Shown here: positions 42,078 to 55,317 of the stretch, piece by piece
How the letters are laid out: the number at the start of each line of letters is the position of its first letter
Numbering within the stretch: the first letter of the stretch is position 1
Assembly (NCBI RefSeq): GCF_006345805.1
Contig: NC_043009.1
Span: 51,832,001-51,896,000 of the forward strand
DNA: 64,000 nucleotides
Direction: 5' to 3'
Source of the DNA: Octopus sinensis
Lineage: Eukaryota
Notes under the pieces: model-generated
What the model saw: the letters and a program-made list of their open reading frames with translations, nothing else
Database searches by the model: none
What the model was told of the DNA's origin: nothing
Position numbers and translations under genes: made by a program

Positions 42078-42523
42078 TAATACATAGGCCTATATATATA
42101 CATGCAAACTCGCACACATACACACACACACACATACACACACAGGTATAAGCACATATATATTAAATGTATAAAGTATATATTATTATATAACAAGTAA
42201 AAAGACGTTGTTTTTGTCGCTTCCTATTTTTTTAGGAGACACTAAGCCTTCTTAAATCGATCAGAAATTGTTCAATGTCTAAACTTACAGCGTCGCACTT
42301 GCTTTACAGAGAAAAAAAAAAGAGCCGACAGTGGTAATCTCCTTCCTTCTGTTTCGTAGTTTGTCTCCAGCTTCTTCTGTTGTAAACTGCAAATTCATTT
42401 GATGACATTTATAACATTAATGCTATTAATGAACAAGCGCAACATCATAACAAGAACAAAAGAATACCAACAATCGCAAAGACGACCACAATGATGGTTA
42501 TGATGGGCCATGACGGACGTGGT

Positions 42524-42524
42524 A

Positions 42525-42557
<33 letters not shown>

Positions 42558-42561
42558 GTGG

Positions 42562-42616
<55 letters not shown>

Positions 42617-42660
42617 GATGATGATGATGATGACGATGATGATGATGATGATGATGGTGA
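42524..42660. repeat. (GAT)n microsatellite
   Basis: Visible directly. It is the source of the poly-D/H/M ORFs. Confidence 0.95.
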
Positions 42661-43687
42661 AGGGTTCCTTTATTTGCGAAAAGAGCATCAATGGGGAATA
42701 TGATAGCAATGATTTCTTCACGGGCCACCGAGCCTTACGCAAACCCGAGGACATTGCGAGAACGTAAGTATAAAACATAGACAAGTTTTAAATCTAAAGG
42801 GAAGTAGAGAGGCTTACAGTAATATTTCAACTAAGAAAATCCCCTTTCAAGGAAGTGACGAAAGCCTTCGTTGTCTGAACCAATAAAGAGAAGTGCCAAC
42901 TCGTATATGTCCATTTTTAATCAAGAGGCGGAAACTCAGAGTAGGCATGTGTATTCGGAGTTTGCTTGGTAATCTCCCTTTCACAACACACGTTCTTTCA
43001 ATTGCTAGAGGAGTCGCTAAGTCCATAACGTATAACTAGTGCTTGTATGGTACTTTATTCTATTGACCCTGGCAAGACGAATGGCAAGAGTTTAAACTTA
43101 GAACTTAATAAACCAGGGACAATTACCATTAGTATTCTGTCCAACGATCTAACTTTTCAGGCATGCAACTATAAGAACAACAGCAGAAATTGTTTCTAAA
43201 ATAGGAACGTATCTAAAAATCTGTTAGTGATTATATGTAGATGAATAAACTTAGACAATACAACACGTTGTATCGGTATAGTCTAGAGAAGCCGAAACAA
43301 AATGTAATCGAAGGAGCAACAATGTAGCAACACTTCACAATATACGTCAAGATAACAGAGTGGAACTACTTTTACAGCATTCTGGTTTTCAAATAAGTGC
43401 ACATATGTCTAGGAATGACAATGTGGAGAAAAGGAAAACAGAAAAAAACTGTGTATTTTGGCATAACGGCAGAGCACAAGCTGGAAGACAGAATAAACAT
43501 GACATCATTCTTCACGAGAGAAATTACTAAATAGCCAGGATACACAAGCACACACACACACACACACACATACACACAAGCACAAACACACACACGAATG
43601 CACACACTTATATAAATACATAAACATACCCATGCGAACACACGTATATATATACACACACACACATATATATATATACATACATAC

Positions 43688-43725
<38 letters not shown>

Positions 43726-43831
43726 TGTGAAAAAGAGAAAGAATGAATTATAGATAGATAGACAGATATACACACACATATATGTATACGTACCTACTAC
43801 GTATATATATAACATTTTAGTGTATTTACGT

Positions 43832-43862
<31 letters not shown>

Positions 43863-44577
43863 TATATATATATAAATACATACATACCTACGTACATGCA
43901 TACATATAAACATACATATATACGTATGCAATATATACACATTCAACAAAATGTGTGTGTGTGTCTGTCTGTGTGTTTGTGTATGTATGTACGTCCTAGA
44001 GTACAGGAAATGCATGCACTATGATTTGTATGCCTGTAAGTATTACACCACATGTTCCGAGATATATTTCCTTCGTTTTACTTTGCAACTCCTGTTAGGT
44101 AACAACAGGTTGTTTAGAGATAGAGTAAGAGCTTGGGACAAACTAAGAGAGAAGAAACAACACACAGAGTACAGGAGAAAGAGAGAGAGAGAGTGAATGA
44201 GAGAGAAGTTTTTTGGAGACATTGAGAAAGTTGTTTAAGATGTCTACGTGAAAATAAGATCGAATATACGAAATAATGATGTGGTTGCTTTAAATAATAG
44301 CACTTAATGGATCTCTTGGTGACAGTGTTGAATTTGTCTTTAACAAGAAAAAAGAAAAAAAAGAAAAGATCGGAGGAAAAACGTAGATGTTCTAAAATAA
44401 AGTTTATTCTATCTTTTTTTTTTAGTTTATTTTACGTGTAGCCATAACGTTATAAAAATAAAATGATAGAATAGAAATCACAAAATACAAAATGTTTTCT
44501 GAAAGATTATGATTTTGTTATAAATGTAGTAAACTCTGATAAATAGCAATGGTAGTAACAACAACAGCAACAACATC

Positions 44578-44635
<58 letters not shown>

Positions 44636-44877
44636 GCAATAATAATAATAATAACAGCAACAACAACGAGGATGATGATGACGATGTTCATAATGATGGT
44701 GATGGTGTTGTTGTTGTTGTTCGTGATGGTGGTAGTGTGGTGGTGGTGGTGGTGGTGGTGGTGGTGGTGGTGGTGGTGGTGGTGGTGATGTTGGGGTTGG
44801 TGGAACTGATGATTTTATTGATAATAATAATAATAATAATTAATAATAATAATAATATAATAATAATAATAATAATA

Positions 44878-44912
<35 letters not shown>

Positions 44913-44950
44913 TAATAATAATAATAGAAGAAGAAGAAGAAGAAGAAGAA

Positions 44951-45447
44951 TTTAGCCATAAAAAGTGTGCAGTAATATTCCTGATGGAAGAGAAAGTCAA
45001 TAAACTTGAAAGTCCAGAATTGTGATCAAGAGACGCTCTGAAAAGATTTGCTGATACTCGGTATAATTGCCCAAGAATACTAGAAAACTGTAGAAGACAA
45101 AGTGGAGGAGATATTGGCAGTTGCAGAAAGCAAGAGCTAGAGAGGATAGAGTGTCCGTTTATGTACAGAGGATATACGTAAAGAGACACAGGGATAGGTA
45201 AGGGCTAGTCTGTTGCGAAGATTGAAAATGCTCAGAAGAAAATAGCTTGGAATGGCATGTCAGGAGTGCCACGGAACACATAGCGGTTCAGGCGAGAAAG
45301 ACTGGTATATGCAGGACAGTTATTCCGTGGAAACACAAGAGTACAAACAAGAGTAGAAAAGGACAAAGAAGACGAAAGTAAAGGAATTGGAAATACGATG
45401 TATGGGCAGATTGCGAGGGAGTTGAACAGGAATGCAGAAGCCGATGG

Positions 45448-45481
<34 letters not shown>

Positions 45482-46058
45482 TATAATAATATATAATAAT
45501 AATAAGAAGAAGAAGAAGAAGAAGAAGAATTTAGCCATAAAAAGTGTGCAGTAATATTCCTGATGGAAGAGAAAGTCAATAAACTTGAAAGTCCAGAATT
45601 GTGATCAAGAGACGCTCTGAAAAGATTTGCTGATACTCGGTATAATTGCCCAAGAATACTAGAAAACTGTAGAAGACAAAGTGGAGGAGATATTGGCAGT
45701 TGCAGAAAGCAAGAGCTAGAGAGGATAGAGTGTCCGTTTATGTACAGAGGATATACGTAAAGAGACACAGGGATAGGTAAGGGCTAGTCTGTTGCGAAGA
45801 TTGAAAATGCTCAGAAGAAAATAGCTTGGAATGGCATGTCAGGAGTGCCACGGAACACATAGCGGTTCAGCGAGAAAGACTGGTATATGCAGGACAGTTA
45901 TTCCGTGGAAACACAAGAGTACAAACAAGAGTAGAAAAGGACAAAGAAGACGAAAGTAAAGGAATTGGAAATACGATGTATGGGCAGATTGCGAGGGAGT
46001 TGAACAGGAATGCAGAAGCCGATGGTATAATAATAATAATAATAATAATATAATAATA

Positions 46059-46090
<32 letters not shown>

Positions 46091-46614
46091 GAAGAAGAAG
46101 AAGAAGAAGAAGAAGAATTTAGCCATAAAAAGTGTGCAGTAATATTCCTGATGGAAGAGAAAGTCAATAAACTTGAAAGTCCAGAATTGTGATCAAGAGA
46201 CGCTCTGAAAAGATTTGCTGATACTCGGTATAATTGCCCAAGAATACTAGAAAACTGTAGAAGACAAAGTGGAGGAGATATTGGCAGTTGCAGAAAGCAA
46301 GAGCTAGAGAGGATAGAGTGTCCGTTTATGTACAGAGGATATACGTAAAGAGACACAGGGATAGGTAAGGGCTAGTCTGTTGCGAAGATTGAAAATGCTC
46401 AGAAGAAAATAGCTTGGAATGGCATGTCAGGAGTGCCACGGAACACATAGCGGTTCAGGCGAGAAAGACTGGTATATGCAGGACAGTTATTCCGTGGAAA
46501 CACAAGAGTACAAACAAGAGTAGAAAAGGACAAAGAAGACGAAAGTAAAGGAATTGGAAATACGATGTATGGGCAGATTGCGAGGGAGTTGAACAGGAAT
46601 GCAGAAGCCGATGG

Positions 46615-46617
<3 letters not shown>
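44951..46617 (+). repeat. Tandem triplication of a ~500-bp R4/Dong-like RT fragment, copies separated by (TAA)n(GAA)n
   Basis: Cores are 44951-45450, 45530-46029 and 46118-46617. They are identical by eye except for a 1-bp indel. Remnants EFSHKKCAVI, YNCPRILE (cf. YKYLGILE) and MYGQIAR (cf. LHGQF.R) are present. Confidence 0.9.
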
Positions 46618-46685
<68 letters not shown>

Positions 46686-46822
46686 GAAGAAGAAGAAGAA
46701 GAAGAAGAAGAAAAAGAAGAAGAAGAAGAAGAAGCAGAAGAAAAAATGAATGGCGTCAACAATAATAATAATGATAATAATAACAATAATAATGATAACA
46801 TAACAATAATAATAAAAATGAA

Positions 46823-46860
<38 letters not shown>

Positions 46861-46887
46861 TAATAATAATAATAATAATAATAATAA

Positions 46888-47451
46888 ACTGAAGGAGAAA
46901 ATGTAACCATTCTGTGGGACTTTCCAGTACATACAGACCGAACCATCAAGGCCAATAAACCAGATATTGTTGTGAAAGACCAAAACAATAAAGTTTGCTT
47001 ATTGATCGACATGAGCATCCTCTGTGATCATAATATCTCAGCGAAAGAGTTTGACAAGCTCAGAAAATATAAAGACCTACTCATTGAAATTGAGAAAATG
47101 TGGCATCTCAAGGCGGTTACAATACCAGTGATCGTAGGAGCACTAGGAATGATCAAGAAGGGAACCGAAAATTATATGAGAATGATCCCTGGCTTACCAT
47201 CCTGCAAGAAGTGCAAAAGATTGTCTTAACTGGTACATCACACGTATTGAGAAGAGCATTGTCGATGTGAGAACTGTTGCTGCTCATGTATTTTAATTTA
47301 ACTTAATAAAAAAAAATTAAAAAAAATTAATTAACGAACTACTGAGTTTGGTTTAATGGCCTACCAATATACACTATGAGTTTCTTTGCCCTAGGAGTCG
47401 GGAAGACACTCGGCAAGAAATGGAAGAAAATTTGAAAGAAGAAAAAAAAAA

Positions 47452-47452
<1 letters not shown>
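46888..47452 (+). mobile_element. 5'-truncated R4/Dong-like LINE: restriction-enzyme-like endonuclease domain + 3' UTR
   Basis: TILWDFPVHTDRTIKANKPDIVVKDQNNKVCLLIDMS..KEFDKLRKYKDL..IPVIVGALG (PD..D..K motif). Flanked by (TAA)n on both sides. Confidence 0.9.
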
Positions 47453-47502
<50 letters not shown>

Positions 47503-47505
47503 TAA

Positions 47506-47536
<31 letters not shown>

Positions 47537-48199
47537 AAGAAGAAGAGAAGAAGAAGAAGTAGAGGAAGAAGAAGAACTATCCTTTCTACTAAAGGCACAA
47601 GGCCTGAGTCCTCAAATGGTACTTAATTTATCGATACCAGTAAGGGAATATGGTCGGTAAATACTATGAGATCCGTCCTGGCTAAGCAGTGCCGGTGTTT
47701 CGTGTTGAAGGCCATATTGTAATCCAGCGCCATACTTACTTATGTTTTGCGTTATAGTAAGTAAACGGTAATCTTAGGTTTGAAGTTGTTTTGAATTTTC
47801 TGTTGCTGCTTCTGTTGCCGTCGTGGCTATCGTCGTCGTGTCTGTTGCCGCCTTGATGGTGTCATCGTCGGCATTGTTGATTATTTTCATTTTATTATTG
47901 GTGCTGCTGTTGTTTTCAGTCCTGTTGTTCTTTTTCCCCTTGTTTTTACTATTGTTCTTGTTATAGATATTGCTGTTGTTACTGAACTCTTTCATTTTCT
48001 TGATCACTAGAAAACTACCAAACATTTTGTTTCTTTTCTCGTGGGTGCAGTACCCTCTCCGTTAGGCCACTCATCCCCACAAACACACATATAAAAGCAT
48101 GATCACATGTTCATTCCAGAACCATAATATCATAAAACCTGTTTCCCGGATTTTATGGCATCTATATTCTCAATCTCTTGGACGGCACGCCGCTATATC

Positions 48200-48300
48200 G
48201 CAGCGATACTCATTTTGCGTTAGAACACAAGGTCTTGCCTGTCCAGGAATCGAAACTATAATCTTACGACCACGAGTGCAACACCCCAACCACTGAGCTA
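48200..48300 (-). mobile_element. Family C-related SINE head fragment
   Basis: Minus strand reads gctcagtggttggggtgttgcactcgtggtcgtaagattatagtttcgattcctggac. Confidence 0.6.
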
Positions 48301-48404
48301 TGGGCTACAACATGAATATATATGATCACATAACTGTACTTGTGTGCGTATGTTTGTGTATGCGTGTATATGTGTTTGTGTGTGTGCAAGTACAACAGTT
48401 TTCC

Positions 48405-48558
48405 ACACAACTTCCTTTAACAAATTCATTTACAAGGCATCGGTCGGCCCATCACTGTAGTAGAAGACAGTTGCTCAAGTGACCGTGCGGTGGGACTGAA
48501 CCAGAGACCATGTGGTTGTGAAGCAAATTTATTAGCCACACAGTCATGCATTCGCCTA
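48405..48558 (-). mobile_element. Family B SINE 5' part, diverged
   Basis: gtagaagacagttgctcaagtgaccgtgcggtgggactgaaccagagaccatgtggttg. Confidence 0.7.
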
Positions 48559-49639
48559 TACAACAACCTTCTGCCGGAATGATTATAAAATATGTGGGTG
48601 ATGCAAAGAGTGTTATTTGAAAGAGAAGATTATGATAACATTTTTGTAAAATAGCGTTAAGGAAATGCAAAGATTTTCTATATGTAAATACCTTGAATAT
48701 ATTGTCAATGACCTCGATGTAAAAATTCCTCCAGCTGTAAGTTATCCGAAAGATGATAACGCATCACTCAAATACATTGAGTCAGTCATCCAACTACAAA
48801 CAATCCGAAAAGATAACCAGAATATAGAGAGTGAAAATAGAACCAATCCCTGTAATAATAGGAGTCTGAAGGATAATTAGAAAACATAGATAAATGCTTA
48901 AACGAAATGTCAGGACTCGAGAAAATACGATACATTCAGAACAGCGCGTTAGAAGGTGTTGCGAACAAACGTGCGCATACTCAAAAGCAAGCCACGATTT
49001 TTTGCAGGTGAAAAAGGGAAAAATTTATTCTAATGTCCAGCATTTACATACATAGCAGTTTGGTCGTTCAGCCAAGGACACCAGTCATCATGAATAACTT
49101 AATTTGTTTTTGTTTCCGACTTGCACAATCTCTCTTTCAATTCGTGCTCATGGCAAAACAGGAAAACATGTACCTAAGGAGAAGAAGGATATAGGATGAA
49201 GGGTATAAGTTCTATTAAAGCATAAGAATTAAAACACAGGAAGGATTTTTGTTATATAATGTGTAGTTTCTTTCTTAAATGCACAATATCTCAATGCGGC
49301 ATACGCAAAAAGTCGAATCCAGCACCAGAAACTCTGGGAAAATACCACTTACACAGTAAATACGTAAACCGTATAATTACCTTTGCATGCAACTGTCCAT
49401 TCTTCCATGTGCACATGTTAATATTTATAAGCAACATAACGTTACATTGTCGAGGTGCAGAAAAGTGCAATCTTGTATTCTACGAGAATCGTAGAGAAGT
49501 TTCTTGACATTTGACGAGTCTTATTCTCACGAAACCTCAAGGCGTCCTTGCTAACTAATAATATAGCATTTAATAGCTTTAATAATAATTGGTTCAGATT
49601 GTATTTTGGTATACGCTAGTATATTTCAGGAGCATTTAT

Positions 49640-49810
49640 TTTCTTGATTGAATCGACCTAAATGTTCACCTGGTACTTGATTTATCAAATCTGTAAAAAG
49701 GCAAAGTCGATCTCGGCGGCATTTTTACTCAGAAAACATATAGGCAGACGGAATACCATTAAGTTTTTTTTATATCTGGCGTGCTAATGACTCTGCCAGC
49801 TCGCTGCTTT
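49640..49810 (-). mobile_element. Diverged family A-related SINE
   Basis: ggcaaagtcgatctcggcgg...ctgccagctcgc. Confidence 0.7.
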
Positions 49811-49831
49811 AATAACAACAACAACAATAAA

Positions 49832-49873
<42 letters not shown>

Positions 49874-49874
49874 C

Positions 49875-49911
<37 letters not shown>

Positions 49912-50410
49912 TAATAATAATAAATAATAATAAATAATAATAATAATAAAAGTGCCGAAACCTGCCTCCCTGGCCGCTGTAAAGCTGGGGTTTGAGATGT
50001 CGGTGAGTCATCTCCAGAAGCGCGACAACTCACTCCAGGAATTAGAAAAGAAAAAGACAGAAAAATACATTTCAAAAGTGTTGAATGAAAGTTACCAGCA
50101 TATGGCGAAAAAAACATCCCCCTTTCAATCAGATATTTCCTCAGCCGCCTATTGTAGCCTTTAGACGGAATAAGAATATAAGAGAATTATTGACCCCTAT
50201 ATCTGAACATTGGAGTATCTGCACGCTGTACCTTAAAGAACAGCCGCAAGAGAGGTAAGCCCTGTTCATTGTGCAACAACAGGAGTGAAGTGAATTCCAT
50301 CAGATATCATAACAGAAATGTTACGATTTATACAGAAGGTGGAATATGTAAAGATTCCCATTTGGTGTACGCTGCAGAATGCACGAAACACAATTTATGT
50401 TAGTTGTACA

Positions 50411-50798
50411 GTGTGGAAGCACTCCGTCGGTTACGACGACGAGGGTTCCGGTTGATCCGATCAACGGAACAGACTGCTCATGAAATTAACGTGTAAGTGG
50501 CTGAGCACTCCACAGACACGTGTACCCTTAACATAGTTCTCGGGGATATTCAGCGTGACACAGAGAGTGACAAGGCCGGCCCTTTGAAATACAGGTACAA
50601 CAGAAACAGGAAGTAAGAGTGAGAGTAAGTTGCGGCGAAAGAGTACAGCAGGGATCACCACCAGCCCCTGCCGGAGCCTCGTGGAGCTTTTAGGTGTTTT
50701 CGCTCAATAAACACTCACAACGCCCGGTCTGGGAATCGAAACCGCGATCCTACGACCGCGTGTCCGCTGCCCTAACCATTGGGCCATTGCGCCTCCAC
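50411..50798 (-). mobile_element. Family C SINE, full length, 8-bp TSD
   Basis: tRNA-Arg-like head gtggaggcgcaatggcccaatggttagggcagcggac..ggtttcgattccc and a long tail. The TSD gttgtaca is at 50403 and 50801. Confidence 0.9.
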
Positions 50799-51296
50799 TG
50801 GTTGTACAACCGAACAATTAAAAAGAAAGGTTTAATAGGCACAAATTCAACGTCAGGCACAATAACAGTAGTTCAACAGAACTTGCTGAACTATACGTTT
50901 CAGGCGGCTGCAATTTTGAAGAAGGCTTGAAATTCCATATTTTCAGAAAATGTTCTGAATCTGCTTCACTTCCACTTCTCAGAATGTATGAGAAGGAATA
51001 TGTTTGCGGTTTATTAACGTCACGTCCAGGAGGAATGAATAAGATGACAGGAGAATATCATCAAATTTATACAAAAACTGTTTGACTAAATATTCTTCTT
51101 TCTCTCTTTTTCTTTCCTTTTTTTTCTATAGTTTTGGATTTTTATCACTTCTTATTTTGAATTTGACAAAGACAGACTTACTGTTGAAATATCGTTTGAC
51201 TAATAATAATATATCTTACAATCCTATCGCGCTCTTCGTCTTGACTGTTTACCTCTGTGAAGAGTTACGTCAATCCTTTTTAAGATATTATTATTA

Positions 51297-51351
<55 letters not shown>

Positions 51352-51386
51352 CATCATCATCATCATCATTATTATATTATTATTAT

Positions 51387-52022
51387 TCTATGTTTGACTT
51401 TTGCTTTATATTTGTACAAGTTGGCTCCAAGTCTCACCCAGAGACCTCAAGAGACAACAGGGTTGGAAGTTCATGTTGTTGTTATGCCTAGTGTGCCATA
51501 TATTTGGGGGGTGGGGATGTTGTACTAATGAATGTCTAAAAAAAAAAGTTTTTTTTTTTTTTTTTTTTTTTAAACCGAAAATTATGGTTGTTTTAAACCT
51601 TGAGGTTACATAGAGAGTATTTTGCGTAGGATATGAGCAGTTCCCATGAGCACTATCTTTTGAACTTCTGCCATTTTTGGGTTTCCTGGTATCTGAGTTA
51701 GGTAGCTATCAGCCCCTTTTGCTATCATTCCCAGGGCACCTATGACAACAGGTATTGTTTTAGTCTTCAGCTTCCACATTTTGCTGATTTCTATTTCAAG
51801 ATCTTTATATTTGCTCAGTTTTTTGGTAGGTCCTGACTGATACGTTTATATCGATTGGGACAGTCATATCAATGAGGAGGCATGTTCTTTTTTTTGAAGT
51901 CTTTCAATATGATGTCTGGCCTATTTGCATCTATCTTCCTGTCAGTTTTGAATGGTGAAGTTCCAGAGGAGTGAGATGTGGTCATTTTCAAGCACTGGGG
52001 TGGTTTGTGTTCCCCCAGTTTT
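51387..52022 (-). mobile_element. 5'-truncated R4/Dong-like LINE (second family): endonuclease domain + 3' UTR
   Basis: Minus strand reads RKIDANRPDII..CLLIDMTVPID..LSKYKDLEIEISKMWKLKTKTIPVVIGALGMI. Flanked by (TTA)n. Confidence 0.9.
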
Positions 52023-52124
52023 TTTCATGGGGCAAATCCAGTTTTTTATTATTATTTTATTATTATTATTATTATTATATTATTATTATTATTTTATTAT
52101 TATTATTATTTCTACTAAATGCAC

Positions 52125-52300
52125 TAGGCCTGAAATTTTGGTGGGAGGGGGACATTCGATTACATCGACTCCAGTGTTCTACTTGTACTTAATTTAGTGA
52201 TCCCGAAAGGATAAAGGTAAAGTCAACTTCGGTAGATTTAAACTCAGAATGCGCGGGCACACGAAGAATTTCGCCCGGTGTGCTAACAATTCTGCCATCT
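52125..52300 (-). mobile_element. Diverged family A-related SINE
   Basis: cgattacatcgactccagt...cccgaaaggataaagg...cgcccggtgtgctaacaattctgcc. Confidence 0.7.
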
Positions 52301-52302
52301 CA

Positions 52303-52350
<48 letters not shown>

Positions 52351-52373
52351 CATCATCATTATCATTGATGATA

Positions 52374-52438
<65 letters not shown>

Positions 52439-52455
52439 TAATAATATATATAATG

Positions 52456-52489
<34 letters not shown>

Positions 52490-53195
52490 TTATGATAATA
52501 ATAATGATGATGATGATGCTGATGATACTGATGATGATGATGATGATGACGACGTCGAATATGATGATGATGAAGACGACGATGACGATGATGAGGATGT
52601 TGATGATGATGATGAATAACAACAACAGCAGCAGCAGCAAAAGCAACAACCACAGGCATAACGATAATGGTATTAACTATAAAACTCTACAACGTAATAT
52701 GTACAAATATATGAATAAATAATAAACAAAAATCGCCATTCTGCCTCGGATTTCAATGACAAATGTTTCAGAATTGTTGGTCATGTTGGCTCTGTGCTGG
52801 TAATTCTTCATTATTAATTTTTAATTGCAATATCCATTTCTCTTATCTTCTCATTTATATCTTTGCAATGGTCAATCTGTTCTGGTTCCCTGTCACTTTA
52901 ACTGACGTTGCCACCTCCAACAGCTCCGTTGCTGATATAAATAATAATCGTCAAGATAACCAACAACAACAACAACAACAACAAAAACAGTGCCACCACT
53001 TCCAGCTTGGACACCGCCAACGCAACAATGATTACCGCCAACGTCTCCACCACTGCCATGATATGAGAATGAATAGCATCCTATCAGAAGTTTCCATCGC
53101 AGGACAACCACAAATCATCACGTAATAGCAATAGTATTGATGATGATGATAATGATGTGAATGATGATAATAGTAGTAGTAGTAGTAGTAGTAGC

Positions 53196-53253
<58 letters not shown>

Positions 53254-53271
53254 TAGTGGAAATAGTAGTAG

Positions 53272-53414
53272 TATGAGATCACCATGTCGCGCACATCTGG
53301 TTGTGATGCATGTTCGTGGTGTACCACTATCAGACGGGTAGTCATGATGGGTATACTGGGCTTCGTATATTTGACCCCAGTCCCACTTTGATGACATGCA
53401 CTGCTCTCTTACTC

Positions 53415-53476
<62 letters not shown>

Positions 53477-53664
53477 TAATATTATTGCCCCACCTGCAAT
53501 GTCACGTGCTGTTTATCCTGATATGAGATCCCAATGTCGCGCACATATGGTTGTGATGTATGTGCCTGGCGTACCCTTATCAAACGGGTAGTCATGGTAG
53601 GTATACTGGGCTTCGTGTATTTTACCCCAGTGTCACTTTGGTGGCATGCACTGCTCTCTCACTC
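53272..53664 (+). mobile_element. Two copies of a short (~140-175 bp) element, each ending in (AAT)n; probably the 3' end of a TAA-targeting LINE or its partner SINE
   Basis: atgagatc..atgtcgcgcacat..ggttgtgatg...catgcactgctctct(t/c)actc-aataat at 53272-53414 and 53523-53664. Confidence 0.7.
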
Positions 53665-53702
<38 letters not shown>

Positions 53703-53999
53703 TTTCAAATTTTGCCACCAGCTATTTCGTCCAGCGTAACAATGATGATATCGCAAAAATTGACATCTTCATCTGCCTCTTTCTCCTCCTCTCCTTCCTC
53801 TTCCACATCATCATCCTCATAATCATCGTCATCATTATCACCACCATTATGATCTTTATTCGTTTATTATGGTGGTTGTCTGTTCGTACAGTTGAATTTA
53901 TTTCCAACCAACTGAATTCTACTTTCAGCAGCTATGGCCATCTTATACGTATCTATTTCATATCATTCTTATTGGAATTTCAGCTACAGACTTTTATCT

Positions 54000-54700
54000 A
54001 AGTCATCGTTTAGTCTGATTACCCGTAGCCAATATAGCTTTCAATCCAGTATATCTCAGTAGTTTTCTCCTCAGATTCGACATGCCAAAACAACTATATC
54101 TTAATGCACCAGTATCTATTTTCACATCAAGGAGCCTCGCATTTCTTTAAGAGGAGAATTTTCTTGGACTTCCCTTTTCATTTTGTGTTGATAGTATATC
54201 ACAGCAAAGTTATTACTGGTCCAAATATGGTTGGGGAACATTTGGATAATTAAGAAAGCCATTCACTGTGCTGTGGCATGAAGTAAACCTTTCGCTGTAC
54301 ACACATTATGGAAATACACACACAGATCAGCTCTCAATTCCACCTACCCAGACTGTAAGATGCAACCATTTCGGAGTGGTTGTCTCCTCTTCGTTCTCAG
54401 AAACTGTACACGGTGCGCTGCGTACTGTTAACAGAGATTGTCTCTCTTATGATATTCTAGACATCGTTCGACAAAACCTTTTCTGCTGACTGTTCCAATT
54501 CTTGCGTTTTAAGGACCAGTCCGAGCTTGGTCAGCTACTCATTTTGCATCCTTTTCCGGATTGATAGCAAACTGATGGTCTAGGGTAGTGAAGTGTTTGA
54601 ATCACTGATGCATCAGTCAAGATTCTTTGAGCAATTTGTGCCATTCCTATGCGCCCCATGATCGAAACCCCCCTTGCATAAATGAACGCTAGAATAATTT
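54000..54700 (-). mobile_element. Possible Gypsy-like gag/protease remnant
   Basis: Minus-strand LDVKIDTGA (~54104-54132) is an aspartic protease-like motif. Little other support. Confidence 0.3.
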
Positions 54701-54863
54701 TTCGTGTGATTAATAGTAGTAGTAACTTGACACCCGTTGCCTTTAGCCTAAGAACCCTCCGTGTTGCAAATACTCAACCGCGATCTCTTGTTTGAGAATA
54801 ACATGCTTCCTTCGTATCGATAGTTGATATCCTCTTGAAGTGTCGTGAGCCCTACTACTACTA

Positions 54864-54951
<88 letters not shown>

Positions 54952-55317
54952 ACTGATGCTACTGCTACATTCACAATTCCAAATAACGTTAAAATTATTA
55001 AAATGTTGTCTATATTTCTTGCGTTGTGTGCTGTTCTGGTGGAAATCGTTTTAGATATACGTTGTTGGAAAGAAATCTGCTGTAGTTATGTCTGGAATAT
55101 CACTGAGATTAAGCGATGATTATGTGCTAAACAGCAATATGAAAACCAAAAAATACAACAACGAGTACAACGACAGCAAAAACAACCCTCGTTACACATA
55201 CGTGTGCATGTGTGTGTGCGTGTTTATGTGTGCGTGTGCGTGCTTGCGTGCATGTCTGAGTGCATGTGTTCATAAACCTGTCCGCACATGTATGTACACA
55301 AATATCGTTTATTATGT

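Noticed and set aside
42491-42728. Poly-Asp and poly-His ORFs
   Set aside because: These are (GAT)n microsatellite read-throughs.
44815-46356. Three copies of a minus-strand ORF MSLYVYPLYING..., superficially a gene array or CRISPR-like repeat-spacer pattern
   Set aside because: It is the antisense of a decayed LINE fragment. The spacers are microsatellites rather than unique sequences, and no cas genes are present.
49950-50400. ORF with a K..KY pattern resembling a restriction-like endonuclease of R2/NeSL elements
   Set aside because: The PD-D motif is not visible and the similarity is too weak to call.
50725-50798. tRNA-Arg-like sequence (also at 23840-23907 and 63840-63900)
   Set aside because: It continues into a shared SINE body with a TSD and has no proper acceptor stem or terminator, so it is a SINE head rather than a tRNA gene.
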